Assembly (NCBI GenBank): GCA_963669175.1
Contig: OY769902.1
Span: 1,888,001 to 1,952,000 of the forward strand
Source of the DNA: a bacterium
Lineage (GTDB): Bacteria > Electryoneota > Electryoneia > Electryoneales > Electryoneaceae
DNA: 64,000 nucleotides
Direction: 5' to 3'
Shown here: piece by piece, positions 20,901-29,459 of the stretch
How positions within the stretch are numbered: position 1 is the stretch's first letter
Layout of the letters: every line of letters starts with the position of its first letter
Notes under the pieces: model-generated
The model's input: the letters and a program-made list of their open reading frames with translations, nothing else
Told to the model about the DNA's origin: nothing
Databases searched by the model: none
Translations under genes and position numbers: made by a program

Positions 20901-23232
20901 GCTCTGCTCAAACGGTTGGATGAGTTTCGAAGATGAACCCAACCCGTATTTCCGTAACCGTCCGATTCCAGGACCGTTAACCCCTTACGCCGCGATTATG
21001 CCGTTCTGGGATGACCTGAAGAACGGTACAGTCTACACCTACCACAACGAAGATGAAGCCTGGTTCGGCATCGAGTGGTACAACTGGGTTCCCTACAATG
21101 GTGGATCGACCATGCGGTTCCAGGTCCGTCTGCTTGACCCGGTAGAATGGGGCGAGATCGGTGGACAGGGCGTTATCATCATGATGTATGATGCCGTCTA
21201 CAACAATGACGGGTCTGAGAACTACGCCACAGTGGGTATGACCAGCCCGGACGGAAACGATGGTATTCAGTTTACCTTTGCCAATGAACATGATCCGACA
21301 GCGCATGATATCGAAGATGTGGCTGCTATTGTGATTGCGATTGGCGAGGGCGGTGGTCTGGATGATCCCTGGTTGCTGGTCCAGCCGCCGATTATTCAAA
21401 CCGCATTGCAACAGGACCATACCGGCGCCATCGACATTGCCCTGCAAAACAGCGGTGATATGGGGCTGGAGTATAACATCCTTGTCGAGGGCATCTGGCC
21501 GGAATGGAGCCTGGAGAATCCCGGTACGCTTGGTGAAGAAAAGGATTCTGAAGGCGGTTCAGACGAACTCGATGAACAGGGTGGCCCAGACGGGTTCGGC
21601 TACCGTTTCATTGATAGTAACAACCGGTACGGTCCCTTCCCGGGATGGTTGGATATTGCTTCGGAAGAAAACGAAGTCGAGATGTTCGGCGAAGATAACG
21701 ATCCGAAGCTTTCCAATGAGCTGGAACTCCCGTTTGATTTCCCCTTCTATGGCATGAACTATTCCACGTTCTGGATCTGCGATGCCGGGTACATGGTCTT
21801 TGTTGACCCGGAAGGAAACGGCGAGGTCATTAACACGGATCTGCCGCGCGACTATTCACCGTTGGCAGGTATTTTCCCGTTCTGGGATAACATCGGCATT
21901 AACAGCGATGATGCGAAGATTTATACCCAGGCTTACACGGATTCATTTGTTGTAACCTGGGCAAACATCACGCATAACCTGTGGGAAACCAATGGAGGTC
22001 CTTACACATTCCAGGTATTGCTGACTACAGATGGTGCGATTCATGTACGTTATGATGAATCCATGCACCCGAGTTATCGCAGCTCTACACTGGGTATCCA
22101 GGACCACACTGGCGAATACGGCATTACCGTAGCGTACGGGCAGCCGGCGGAAAGCTATATTGAAGCCGGTCTTTCGGTACGCTTTACCCCGCCGGCATTC
22201 TTCCATCTTGCGACAACGAGTGGTCACCTGGATGGCGAAGAAATCCTGCCGCTGACCATGGACGTGTCGGCTGAGAATTTACCGGTTGGTGTGTACGTCG
22301 GTCGTATGCTGATCTGGTGTGACGATACAGAGCAGGAAATGATGATTCCGGGCACGATGATCGTGACCGAAGGGCCGCCTTCCGCCGCGCCACGGATCAG
22401 CCATCTTGTCGGTGAAACGGCGATGATTGGTGATCAGTTCCACCCGTTCGCGCTTGATCCCTGCGTGTTCGATACCGCGTTTGCTGATGACGAGATTATC
22501 TGGGCAGCTTATGGTGATCCCGCCATTGAAGTGACCATTGATGAGGACCGTATCGCGCATCCGGAGAAAGTGGATACGTTGTGGGTTGGCACAGCGACAA
22601 TCACCTATCGTGCGACCAATCCTGCATTGGCGTATACCGAACACCAGGTGACCTATTCAACCGGCGGTGGGAACAATGCGCCACGGTTCGATACGGTCAG
22701 CCCAACGGATTTCAAAGAACCGGTGAACCTGGACAGTCAATACGATTTCAGTGTTGAAGTGTCCGACCCGGATGAGGATGAGGTGACTGTCAACTGGTTC
22801 CACGGGGACGAGGATCTTGGCGAAGGTTTATCTACGAACGTCACCTTCGATGCGATCCAGTTCGATTCCGTGCGTGCAGTAGCGTCCGATGGCACCACCC
22901 AACAGACTCATACCTGGTGGATTGATGTCCAGGACCTGGCCGCCCCGGAAGAATTCACCGGGCTGCCGTCGTCGTTTACGGTCGAATCGCTCTACCCGAA
23001 CCCGTTCAACGCGTCCATGGTGGTTGCGTACGCACTGCCACGCACGGCGGATGTGGAACTGCGCGTGTTCAACCTGCTGGGCCAGGAAGTCGCACGTCGG
23101 AATCTGATCCAGATGCCTGCCGGGCACCACCGAATCGCGTTCAACGGCGAAGATTGGGCGAGCGGTGTCTACTTCCTGTCATGGAAGGCTGGCGGCGTGT
23201 ACCAGGTCCATAAGGCGATCCTGCTGAAGTAA
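17938..23232 (+). CDS. Gingipain-like C25 family protein: propeptide, C25 domain, Ig-like repeats, T9SS CTD
   Basis: Propeptide PGAPRLP...IAVP; YLIIVPD...FVEWKSRLGY; YVLILGD; VGRLSV; YNLLGDP; C-terminal YPNPFN...SGVYF...KAILLK. Confidence 0.9.
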   Translation: MRRKLIGLLVLLAATDTFARAAFDELTPLTVQEVFSYQRLPAGVQLQYEAPELSWTTEAEGDVPILQGAGEEYIPGAPRLPLYSRLIAVPAGMDLRVRDIQIGWAATQQRKIAWNNGAKEDAEYDESAYFSVAEQSQQTVTVGRTGRWRDLRMAQVIVRPMMYDAVTNEVRMAETIDIQFDFVPSEELDTYNPPGVSEALLPLYRSYVMGAEDELDELEPERGTYLIIVPDAYEELTEDFVEWKSRLGYHVIVAPTSQTGTDYDDIHDYLDDLYESASIPLDYVLILGDEDTPANIEAPTIPGSPGHNPTIAADYKYCFERNQTNIADVLPRYFVGRLSVDNVTQLNTVLAKTMFYEMTPGGEGVGLDRFEEAMFIACLNPGVSTGMTKRWVAAKMLADGGITNVEDLYDSYSNGLSLTTVTNTINAGVSWINYRGYGAYDSWAGPYWGNAQMDALDNEFLNPIVTSMVCGGAAFDRPQADPCFGEKFIRQGTAQAPTGAVAFMGPSELDTHTKWNNAMDGGFYQSMYDNDLTTLYQCLMGAKLELLRCYPNSWNANGNSTNSVWFYWHTYNLLGDPALQVRREVPFSFNVDHASTINDNDTYFPVHVTNTLNQPIENARVVLVENGADIIASVLTDESGNASLMLPGGPYNEDLNLTVSRRDAIPYLDNLDGLGAPGISLVSVDVEETEGNQNNNLDGYVNPGEVADIVGEFHVEDPDGIDNLSVTVSLPQGGGEVTVNTEDFGDVGYNATIDLTEIMIAFDPEVQYGQLIPIRFTFEGDDFEQSHLIQYDGIEAPALTISEMAFDDEWGPGDVGDLNIELLNSHPALSSGEITGTLISLSSYAIIVQPVRTWNSITPGGSSLPVAAFQVMATESAYPGRELPMTLQLETDDGYQTYIDVVLTVDGGDEPTSPTGPAGPGYYMFEWFSADEFDSGMPFLLEMEYQSLTINGSQVNGLVDTGNNQDQVVDINLPFEFSYWGETYDRVTLCSNGWMSFEDEPNPYFRNRPIPGPLTPYAAIMPFWDDLKNGTVYTYHNEDEAWFGIEWYNWVPYNGGSTMRFQVRLLDPVEWGEIGGQGVIIMMYDAVYNNDGSENYATVGMTSPDGNDGIQFTFANEHDPTAHDIEDVAAIVIAIGEGGGLDDPWLLVQPPIIQTALQQDHTGAIDIALQNSGDMGLEYNILVEGIWPEWSLENPGTLGEEKDSEGGSDELDEQGGPDGFGYRFIDSNNRYGPFPGWLDIASEENEVEMFGEDNDPKLSNELELPFDFPFYGMNYSTFWICDAGYMVFVDPEGNGEVINTDLPRDYSPLAGIFPFWDNIGINSDDAKIYTQAYTDSFVVTWANITHNLWETNGGPYTFQVLLTTDGAIHVRYDESMHPSYRSSTLGIQDHTGEYGITVAYGQPAESYIEAGLSVRFTPPAFFHLATTSGHLDGEEILPLTMDVSAENLPVGVYVGRMLIWCDDTEQEMMIPGTMIVTEGPPSAAPRISHLVGETAMIGDQFHPFALDPCVFDTAFADDEIIWAAYGDPAIEVTIDEDRIAHPEKVDTLWVGTATITYRATNPALAYTEHQVTYSTGGGNNAPRFDTVSPTDFKEPVNLDSQYDFSVEVSDPDEDEVTVNWFHGDEDLGEGLSTNVTFDAIQFDSVRAVASDGTTQQTHTWWIDVQDLAAPEEFTGLPSSFTVESLYPNPFNASMVVAYALPRTADVELRVFNLLGQEVARRNLIQMPAGHHRIAFNGEDWASGVYFLSWKAGGVYQVHKAILLK

Positions 23233-23256
23233 CGATTTGCTTTAACATGATTTTTC

Positions 23257-23290
23257 AACGGGTGACCGCGAAAGCGGTCACCCGTTTTTC
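23257..23290 (+). terminator. Rho-independent terminator
   Basis: aacgggtgaccgc-gaaa-gcggtcacccgtt followed by a T-tract. Confidence 0.85.
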
Positions 23291-23293
23291 AAT

Positions 23294-23896
23294 TGATTCA
23301 CAAGATGTACAGGATGATGAAGGATGAACAGGATAGAAAACAATTGATGTGACAACTATCAACCTTTTAACTTTCGAACCTACTCTGGGTGGACCGATAC
23401 ACAAGTGATGAATCTTCGCATCAGATGCAGTAGGAATACTCTCATGATTGTTGAAATTATTGCTTCTCTTGGAGTGCGTCGGGATTGATCACAAGCTGGA
23501 TATATTACTGTTCTCGATTTTATTCCGACATAATAAAGATTGCCGGGAAAAGGGGACGGGATCCTTTTCCTCGCGCGCATATGAAACACTCTCGCCGAAC
23601 TTGTGGAAAAGGAAACTGTACCCTTTTCCGTGTACGTCCTGCCTGCTCTCAAGAAAAAGGGTACAGCCACCTTTCCCGGTCCTTGCTCACAGCGGGAAGG
23701 CTTTGCCCCAGGGAAAGGAAACTGTCCCCTTTTTCCATATCCTTATCCTTTATTCCAACCATATGGTTGACCTTTCACTGATCTGGCACATGACCACGTG
23801 ACGGAATAATAATGGGAATCGCTATAGCAACCAGGGACTGCCCCGGTTTTCATACTGATTCACAAGATTACAGGATGATGAAGGATGAACAGGATA
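23294..23896. repeat. AGGAT 9-bp-period direct repeats (23294-23335, 23856-23896) bracketing an inverted four-hairpin array (23546-23736)
   Basis: tgattcacaagat(g)tacaggatgatgaaggatgaacaggat occurs twice. The reverse complement of 23546-23736 gives H1-H2-H3-H4 in the usual order with largely different spacers. Confidence 0.85.
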
Positions 23897-24166
23897 AAAT
23901 GATATTTATAGTAGAAACTATTGTACTGTATGACTTGTTGTTTCTTTTTTCACTTTTCTTGTCCGCCGAGGCGGATTCACTGACTACTTTTTTCACTTCT
24001 TCATATCATTCCCGGCCAAGTATGGCCGGACTGCCTTTCTTTACCTTTTTTACTTTTTCTACCTTCTTTACTTCTTCCTTCTAAATCTTTTTTTTTCGAA
24101 GGATACGGTCGATTTGCTTTTTGCTTAATGAATAACTAAGTTTTATATCCAGTGCATGGAGAGACT

Positions 24167-27100
24167 ATGAAACAAATGAACCGCAGGTATTTTTGTAAGC
24201 AGTATGTCGTTCAAGCGCTTAGGAACACCCACACACAGTTCAGATGGCATTGCTTTCCCCGCCTTTTCTATCTGATGCCAGCCCTCGTGTTGTCAGTTTG
24301 TACCCAACTCCGGGAGGCTCTCGTGAGTATGCTGGATAGTTCAGGATTCCCGACTTGCTCATCAAATGCGGTGCAGAGGAAAGAACAGGGAACATCGCTG
24401 CTATCTCGTGAGCGTCCACTTTCGAAACCGGCAAATCGGGCCATGCGAAATTGGCACGTACGCAAGCATCCCCGGCTACCTTTTTCACCTTTTTCACTGA
24501 CTACTTTTTTCACTTCATTATGTCATCCTCGGCTTGAACGGGGATCTCGAGGTTCAACGCATCAATCATCCCCGCTTCGCCATCCGCTCCCGACTTGCTC
24601 ATCAAATGCAGCGCAGAGGGAAGAACAGGGAACATCGCTGCCACCTCGAGAGCGTCCACCTTCACAACCAGCAAATCTGGCCATGCGTTTCTCTGTTTCT
24701 TTTTTCACTTCGTTATGTCATCTCCGGCCAACATGTCATCCCCGGCCTGAACGGGGATCTCGCAGTATTACCAGTCGATCAGCCCAGTTTTCTGTTTCTT
24801 TTTTCACCTTTTTCACTTTCTTTACTTTTTTCACTTCGGCTCAAGCCGAGACCTTTGTCTCCGGCGAAGTTTCCGGCGTGTGGGATGTGGACGGCTCCCC
24901 CTATCTCGTTACCGACACCCTGATCGTCCCCGGAGGCGACACGCTCCTGATTGAGCCGGGAGTGATAGTCGAATTTCAGGATCAGACCGATTCGCTCAAG
25001 TATCCCGTCATTGTCCTTGGAGCGTTGTTGGCGAATGGTGCGCTTGGTGATTCGATTCTGTTTGTATCAGAGGACTTCGCTTTCGGGGGATTCAGGGCGC
25101 CAATGGATTCCGAAGGCTCACGTATCGAGATGGCCTATTGCGTGGTAGATTCTGTTCAATGGGGATTTGATCTTTATCATGGCTCAACTCATCTCCAACA
25201 CTGTCGAGTTGTCGCTTCCTATCGCTTTTTCAAAAGTGAATTCAACACAGATACTATCGAATATTGCATTTTCCACGCTATTGTCCCGGATAGCGGCTAT
25301 CCTCTGTTGAATATCTCCCTCCTCTACGGTGAGGACTATACATTCATTCATAACACCGCGCCCTATGGGAATGTTGCGCTGAACGGGAACTCAAATCCAG
25401 TTTATCAAAATTTTTTAGGCCAGCTAAGCGTTCGGTCAGATACAACAATCATTCATGATAACCAGTTCTATAATTGCAGCACGATTCCCCCCCTGGCTCA
25501 GACCAGTCATGTTGACTTCTATAATAACCAGGTGCGGCTTGAGGATTCAGTCAACATTGCACGTTGTGTTACATTTAGAGAATCCGAAGCAATGGTCCAC
25601 AATAACACATTTCCAAACCTGCTTGCTCACGATTCTTCTGTTGATATCTTTGATAACATCATCATTTCAGACCGAACTCCCCATCACGCAACGATTGTAT
25701 TGAATACATGCACCGGAACGGTACACCGCAATGTGATTTCTGGTGATGCTTATGCAGATAACTTTCGTCTTGATCTGGGTGGGAATATTACTGTCAGCAA
25801 CAACACAATTAAAGTGAATGGGGACCGAGGTATCTGGCTTCGAACGGATGTAGAAACCACCATCGAGAACAATATCTTTCTTGGAGATGGGGGATCTTGT
25901 ACAGCGATTGAACGATCAGTGAATGGACTTCAGCCAGCCAGTATCAGTTACAACAGTTTCTATGAGTTTGAAGAAATCACGGGCGATGTGGAGCTGGACG
26001 AGGGTAACCTTTTTGAGAATCCCTTCCTGGCGGGCGGTGATCCCTGCGACTACCACCTCCAGGCGAACAGTCCCTGTATTGATGCCGGTGATCCGGATAG
26101 TGTGGACGATCCGGACGGCACACGAGCCGATATCGGGTGTTATTACTACGATCAATCCATTGATAACCCACCGGTTCAGACCATCCCTGAAGAAATCTTC
26201 GCGCAGACAGGACAACAGCTCTGTATCCAGATCACCACCACTGATGACAACGGCCCGTTTGACTTCACCTTCCCGGATCTACCCGAGTGGTTGAGCGAAG
26301 AGGATGAGCTGGACTGGGTAAGCGACACCACAGCCGTATCGGGAACCGTACCCGAAGAAACGGAAGATTTCAGTTTCACGGTGATCGTGGAGGATGGCGA
26401 AGGACAGACCGATTCGTCGATTGTCACGGTGGATGTTGACCAACGTAACCTGTTATATGGTGAGATCAGCGGTGTATTGCATGTTGAAGACAGCCCGTTT
26501 TACGTGGTGCAGGATATTATCGTCCCTGAAGGCGACAGCCTGGTTATCGAACCGGGATGTGAGTTGCAGTTCAGGTACGTGGAGGATGAGGAGCAGAGGA
26601 TCGGTTTGGATGTATATGGAAAACTTATCGCTGAGGGGACGGTTGTTGACTCGATTCAGTTCAAGCTTGATCAGAACAATCAAACTGAACAGATTTGGCA
26701 AGGTGTCCGCCTAACTGAAAATCAATCAGATACAAGTATTATCTCATATTCAGTTTTTCAGAATGCTTATTGTGCAATCGAGCTTTCAGACACATCAAGA
26801 GCGATTGTGTCTCATCTTTTTATTCATGACTGCCCCACCGGTATGTTTATCAGGGATAGCTCATGGGTGCAAATTGACTCATGTAGCTATTTTGCCACCC
26901 TTGATAACAATACCTTTATTGCTGGTCTAAATTCTCATATTTATGTTACAAACTCTCATTCAGTTGATATTAGTGAAACTCAGGATAATACGCATATATC
27001 AACATTTACATGCTACAATTATATACGAGAATGTGTGTTTTATGGTGGGTTTTCTAATATGATAAATATGCAAGGGGTTGTTGAGTTTATTAACAATCGG

Positions 27101-27901
27101 GTCACTAATGTACAAATTGGGATGTACTTCGGCAATTGGTCATCAGGATATATATATAACAATAATTTTAAAAATGATTTGGATAGTTTATCAACGGGAC
27201 TTCTACTTCAGGATGGAGATTTCGTTGTGAAAAATAATATATTCTCTAATAATTATTACGGGATAAAATTATACCCTTATGCCAGTATGGAAGAGTATCC
27301 AGAAATAGAAAACAACATATTTGTTAATAACAACTATGGACTATATCATTATTATGGATTTGATGCATGTATGACGGCAAGATATAATTGCTTTTTTCAA
27401 AATGATACTTCTGCAACCAACTGCATATTGGATCAAACAAACATTTTCGCTGATCCACAATTTGCAGACACACTTTTTCATTTCTATGAGACATCACCAC
27501 TTATTGATGCAGGGAATCCAATCGACAACTGGAACGATATAGACAGCTCAATATGCGACATAGGCTTGTGGGGAGGTCCTTATGGGGATAGTTATGAGTA
27601 TTTTGTTGGGATCGAGGAATCTCTAATAAAACCTCCTTCATCCTTCAGATTGTTACCGCCATACCCGAATCCTTTCAACGCATCCTTGAACATCATGTTA
27701 GAACTTCCTGTTTCTGCCGAAGTAAGCATTACTCTTTATAACATACTTGGTCAAAAGGTACGAGGAATACAAACAAGCAAACTCACTGCGGGACTGCAGA
27801 CCATATCTATAAATGCGGCGGACCTTGCTTCAGGGATTTACTTCATCGAGACAAAAACACTTGGTTATATAAAACGATCACGTGCCGTATTGTTGCGATA
27901 A
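24167..27901 (+). CDS. T9SS-CTD protein with two right-handed beta-helix modules; repeat-derived N-terminal extension (start uncertain: 24167 or 24683)
   Basis: Two modules, each starting SPY/FxVxxxxxVPxGDxLxIEPG and ending SPxIDAGxP...DIG. C-terminus YPNPFN...YNILGQKV...SGIYF. Mature N-terminus likely AQA|ETFVSG. Confidence 0.8.
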   Translation: MKQMNRRYFCKQYVVQALRNTHTQFRWHCFPRLFYLMPALVLSVCTQLREALVSMLDSSGFPTCSSNAVQRKEQGTSLLSRERPLSKPANRAMRNWHVRKHPRLPFSPFSLTTFFTSLCHPRLERGSRGSTHQSSPLRHPLPTCSSNAAQREEQGTSLPPRERPPSQPANLAMRFSVSFFTSLCHLRPTCHPRPERGSRSITSRSAQFSVSFFTFFTFFTFFTSAQAETFVSGEVSGVWDVDGSPYLVTDTLIVPGGDTLLIEPGVIVEFQDQTDSLKYPVIVLGALLANGALGDSILFVSEDFAFGGFRAPMDSEGSRIEMAYCVVDSVQWGFDLYHGSTHLQHCRVVASYRFFKSEFNTDTIEYCIFHAIVPDSGYPLLNISLLYGEDYTFIHNTAPYGNVALNGNSNPVYQNFLGQLSVRSDTTIIHDNQFYNCSTIPPLAQTSHVDFYNNQVRLEDSVNIARCVTFRESEAMVHNNTFPNLLAHDSSVDIFDNIIISDRTPHHATIVLNTCTGTVHRNVISGDAYADNFRLDLGGNITVSNNTIKVNGDRGIWLRTDVETTIENNIFLGDGGSCTAIERSVNGLQPASISYNSFYEFEEITGDVELDEGNLFENPFLAGGDPCDYHLQANSPCIDAGDPDSVDDPDGTRADIGCYYYDQSIDNPPVQTIPEEIFAQTGQQLCIQITTTDDNGPFDFTFPDLPEWLSEEDELDWVSDTTAVSGTVPEETEDFSFTVIVEDGEGQTDSSIVTVDVDQRNLLYGEISGVLHVEDSPFYVVQDIIVPEGDSLVIEPGCELQFRYVEDEEQRIGLDVYGKLIAEGTVVDSIQFKLDQNNQTEQIWQGVRLTENQSDTSIISYSVFQNAYCAIELSDTSRAIVSHLFIHDCPTGMFIRDSSWVQIDSCSYFATLDNNTFIAGLNSHIYVTNSHSVDISETQDNTHISTFTCYNYIRECVFYGGFSNMINMQGVVEFINNRVTNVQIGMYFGNWSSGYIYNNNFKNDLDSLSTGLLLQDGDFVVKNNIFSNNYYGIKLYPYASMEEYPEIENNIFVNNNYGLYHYYGFDACMTARYNCFFQNDTSATNCILDQTNIFADPQFADTLFHFYETSPLIDAGNPIDNWNDIDSSICDIGLWGGPYGDSYEYFVGIEESLIKPPSSFRLLPPYPNPFNASLNIMLELPVSAEVSITLYNILGQKVRGIQTSKLTAGLQTISINAADLASGIYFIETKTLGYIKRSRAVLLR

Positions 27902-27996
27902 AAAAAAAGCCGTGCAGGTATGTGCTTGGAGGCTTAACCTGCACGACTTCAACAAAAGATCTGTCAAAAGTGACAGACGAACATCAAGGTAAGGAG

Positions 27997-28092
27997 ATGA
28001 AAATGCAGAAGAAAACCCTTTACACGCTGACCATGCTCCTGATTCTAAGCAGTGTGTGTCTCAGTCAGACTGTTATCATTGATAAAAACTAG
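27997..28092 (+). pseudogene. Truncated secreted-protein gene (signal peptide only), cut at the AAAACTAG repeat ladder
   Basis: AAGGAG RBS, then MKMQKKTLYTLTMLLILSSVCLSQTVIID-KN*. The stop codon is supplied by the repeat (aac tag). Confidence 0.6.
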
Positions 28093-28453
28093 GGACTAAA
28101 AACTAGGGACAGACGGTTAAAAAACTAGCAAAAAACTAGAAAACTAGGGACGAAAACTAGAAAACTAGGGACAGACGGTAGAAAACTAGGGACAGACGGT
28201 AGTTTTTATTTCTTTCGGGGCCTTCCTTCAGGTAAGGGATGGAGCCTTCGTCCAGTTCTATGTTCCAGATCAGATACCCACTCTTTGCTTCCCAAGGGAC
28301 GTCCGGTTCAAAAAAACTAGGGACAGACGGTAGTTTTTATTTCTTTCGGGGCCTTCCTTCAGGCAAGGGATGGAGCCTTCGTCCAGTTCTATGTTCCAGA
28401 TCAGATACCCACTCTTTGCTTCCCAAGGGACGTCCGGTTCTGGTATTGCGATT
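28084..28453. repeat. Nested ladder of partial copies of the transposase 3' end and terminal repeat
   Basis: Nine extra copies of AAAACTAG with variable extension into the element. Two carry the repeat plus the last codons of the transposase (28182-28309, 28313-28452). Confidence 0.9.
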
Positions 28454-28456
28454 AAA

Positions 28457-29366
28457 AACTAGGGACAGACGGTAGTTTTTATTTCTTTCGGGGCCTTCCT
28501 TCAGGCAAGGGATGGAGCCTTCGTCCAGTTCTATGTTCCAGATCAGATACCCACTCTTTGCTTCCCAAGGGACGTCCGGTTCTGGTATTGCGATGTAATA
28601 GCTCCCAGAATTCAGGATCATGCGGTTGATCCAGGATTGCTTTCCAGTCGTCGAGGTCTGTCTTTTCCGGCCAACGTGAGTTGACAAGTAGCGGATCGCT
28701 TGCGTGGCCAAGATGATGGTGCACACTTGACCAGGGCCAATCTGTAGCATCTTTGATCAGCCCGGCTCGTACCGGATTAAGTTCAACATATTGCGCGGCA
28801 CGATACAGATGTTGATCATCCAGGGCACAGGAGTAAAAACGTCCCTGCCAGAGGTGGCCGACCAATCCAGTCCTTCGGTGCATGTGCTGAGCATACACCA
28901 TGTGAGTAGTGGCCAGGGTACGTGCCATAGACGTTGTTGTCAGAGGATATACGATCAGGTTAACATGATTGTTCATCAGGCAGTATGCCCACACTTCCAG
29001 TTTATACTTCCTGCCATACTTTTCCAGCAATTCCAGATACTTCTGAAAGTCCTCCTCATCAGCGAAAACATCTTGACGGTAGTTGCCACGTTGTGTCACA
29101 TGATAAGGCAATTCCGGCTCCTGGAAACGCGCTTCTCGGGGCATGATTTCTCCTGTAAATATGCGAAAACAGGGACACTGACCCTTCGTGGTCTGTCCCA
29201 TTTTCGCGGTTAGATGATGCCAATGATACCGATCTAGACAGTCTCTTTGACAACCACACAATAGTACAATTCTACACGAGACACCTGTAATAAGCCATAC
29301 TGAAGATAACTTAACTCAAGAAATATTTCAACAAATATTCTCAAAAACTACCGTCTGTCCCTAGTT
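28457..29366 (-). mobile_element. Y1 HUH transposase element bounded by 24-bp inverted repeats AACTAGGGACAGACGGTAGTTTTT
   Basis: Left IR 28457-28480; right IR 29343-29366 (aaaaactaccgtctgtccctagtt). Internal GGGACA/CTGTCCC hairpin at 29166-29206. Confidence 0.8.
28479..29144 (-). CDS. REP-associated tyrosine transposase (RAYT / Y1_Tnp, IS200-like HUH)
   Basis: MPREAR...YHVTQRGNYRQDVF...AYCLMNNHVNL...GHLWQGRFYS...YVELNPVRAG...WPWSS...GRPRKK. Start 29144 with AGGAGA RBS. Confidence 0.92.
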   Translation of the reverse strand: MPREARFQEPELPYHVTQRGNYRQDVFADEEDFQKYLELLEKYGRKYKLEVWAYCLMNNHVNLIVYPLTTTSMARTLATTHMVYAQHMHRRTGLVGHLWQGRFYSCALDDQHLYRAAQYVELNPVRAGLIKDATDWPWSSVHHHLGHASDPLLVNSRWPEKTDLDDWKAILDQPHDPEFWELLHRNTRTGRPLGSKEWVSDLEHRTGRRLHPLPEGRPRKK

Positions 29367-29384
29367 AAAAAGAGTTGCATTAAG

Positions 29385-29420
29385 AAGCGGTTTACGTTTG
29401 CATGACGTAAGCCGCTTTTG
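29385..29420. terminator. Hairpin, probable terminator for hisC
   Basis: aagcggtttacgt...acgtaagccgctt. Confidence 0.55.
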
Positions 29421-29459
29421 TTTCTCTACGAAAAATGTAAAACTGATCGGGTGATCAGG

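Noticed and set aside
28182-28594. Diversity-generating retroelement TR/VR pair
   Set aside because: No reverse transcriptase in the window and only one mismatch seen between copies.
28337-28750. 137-aa ORF ending like the transposase
   Set aside because: Chimeric read-through created by the duplicated 3' end; no independent start signals.
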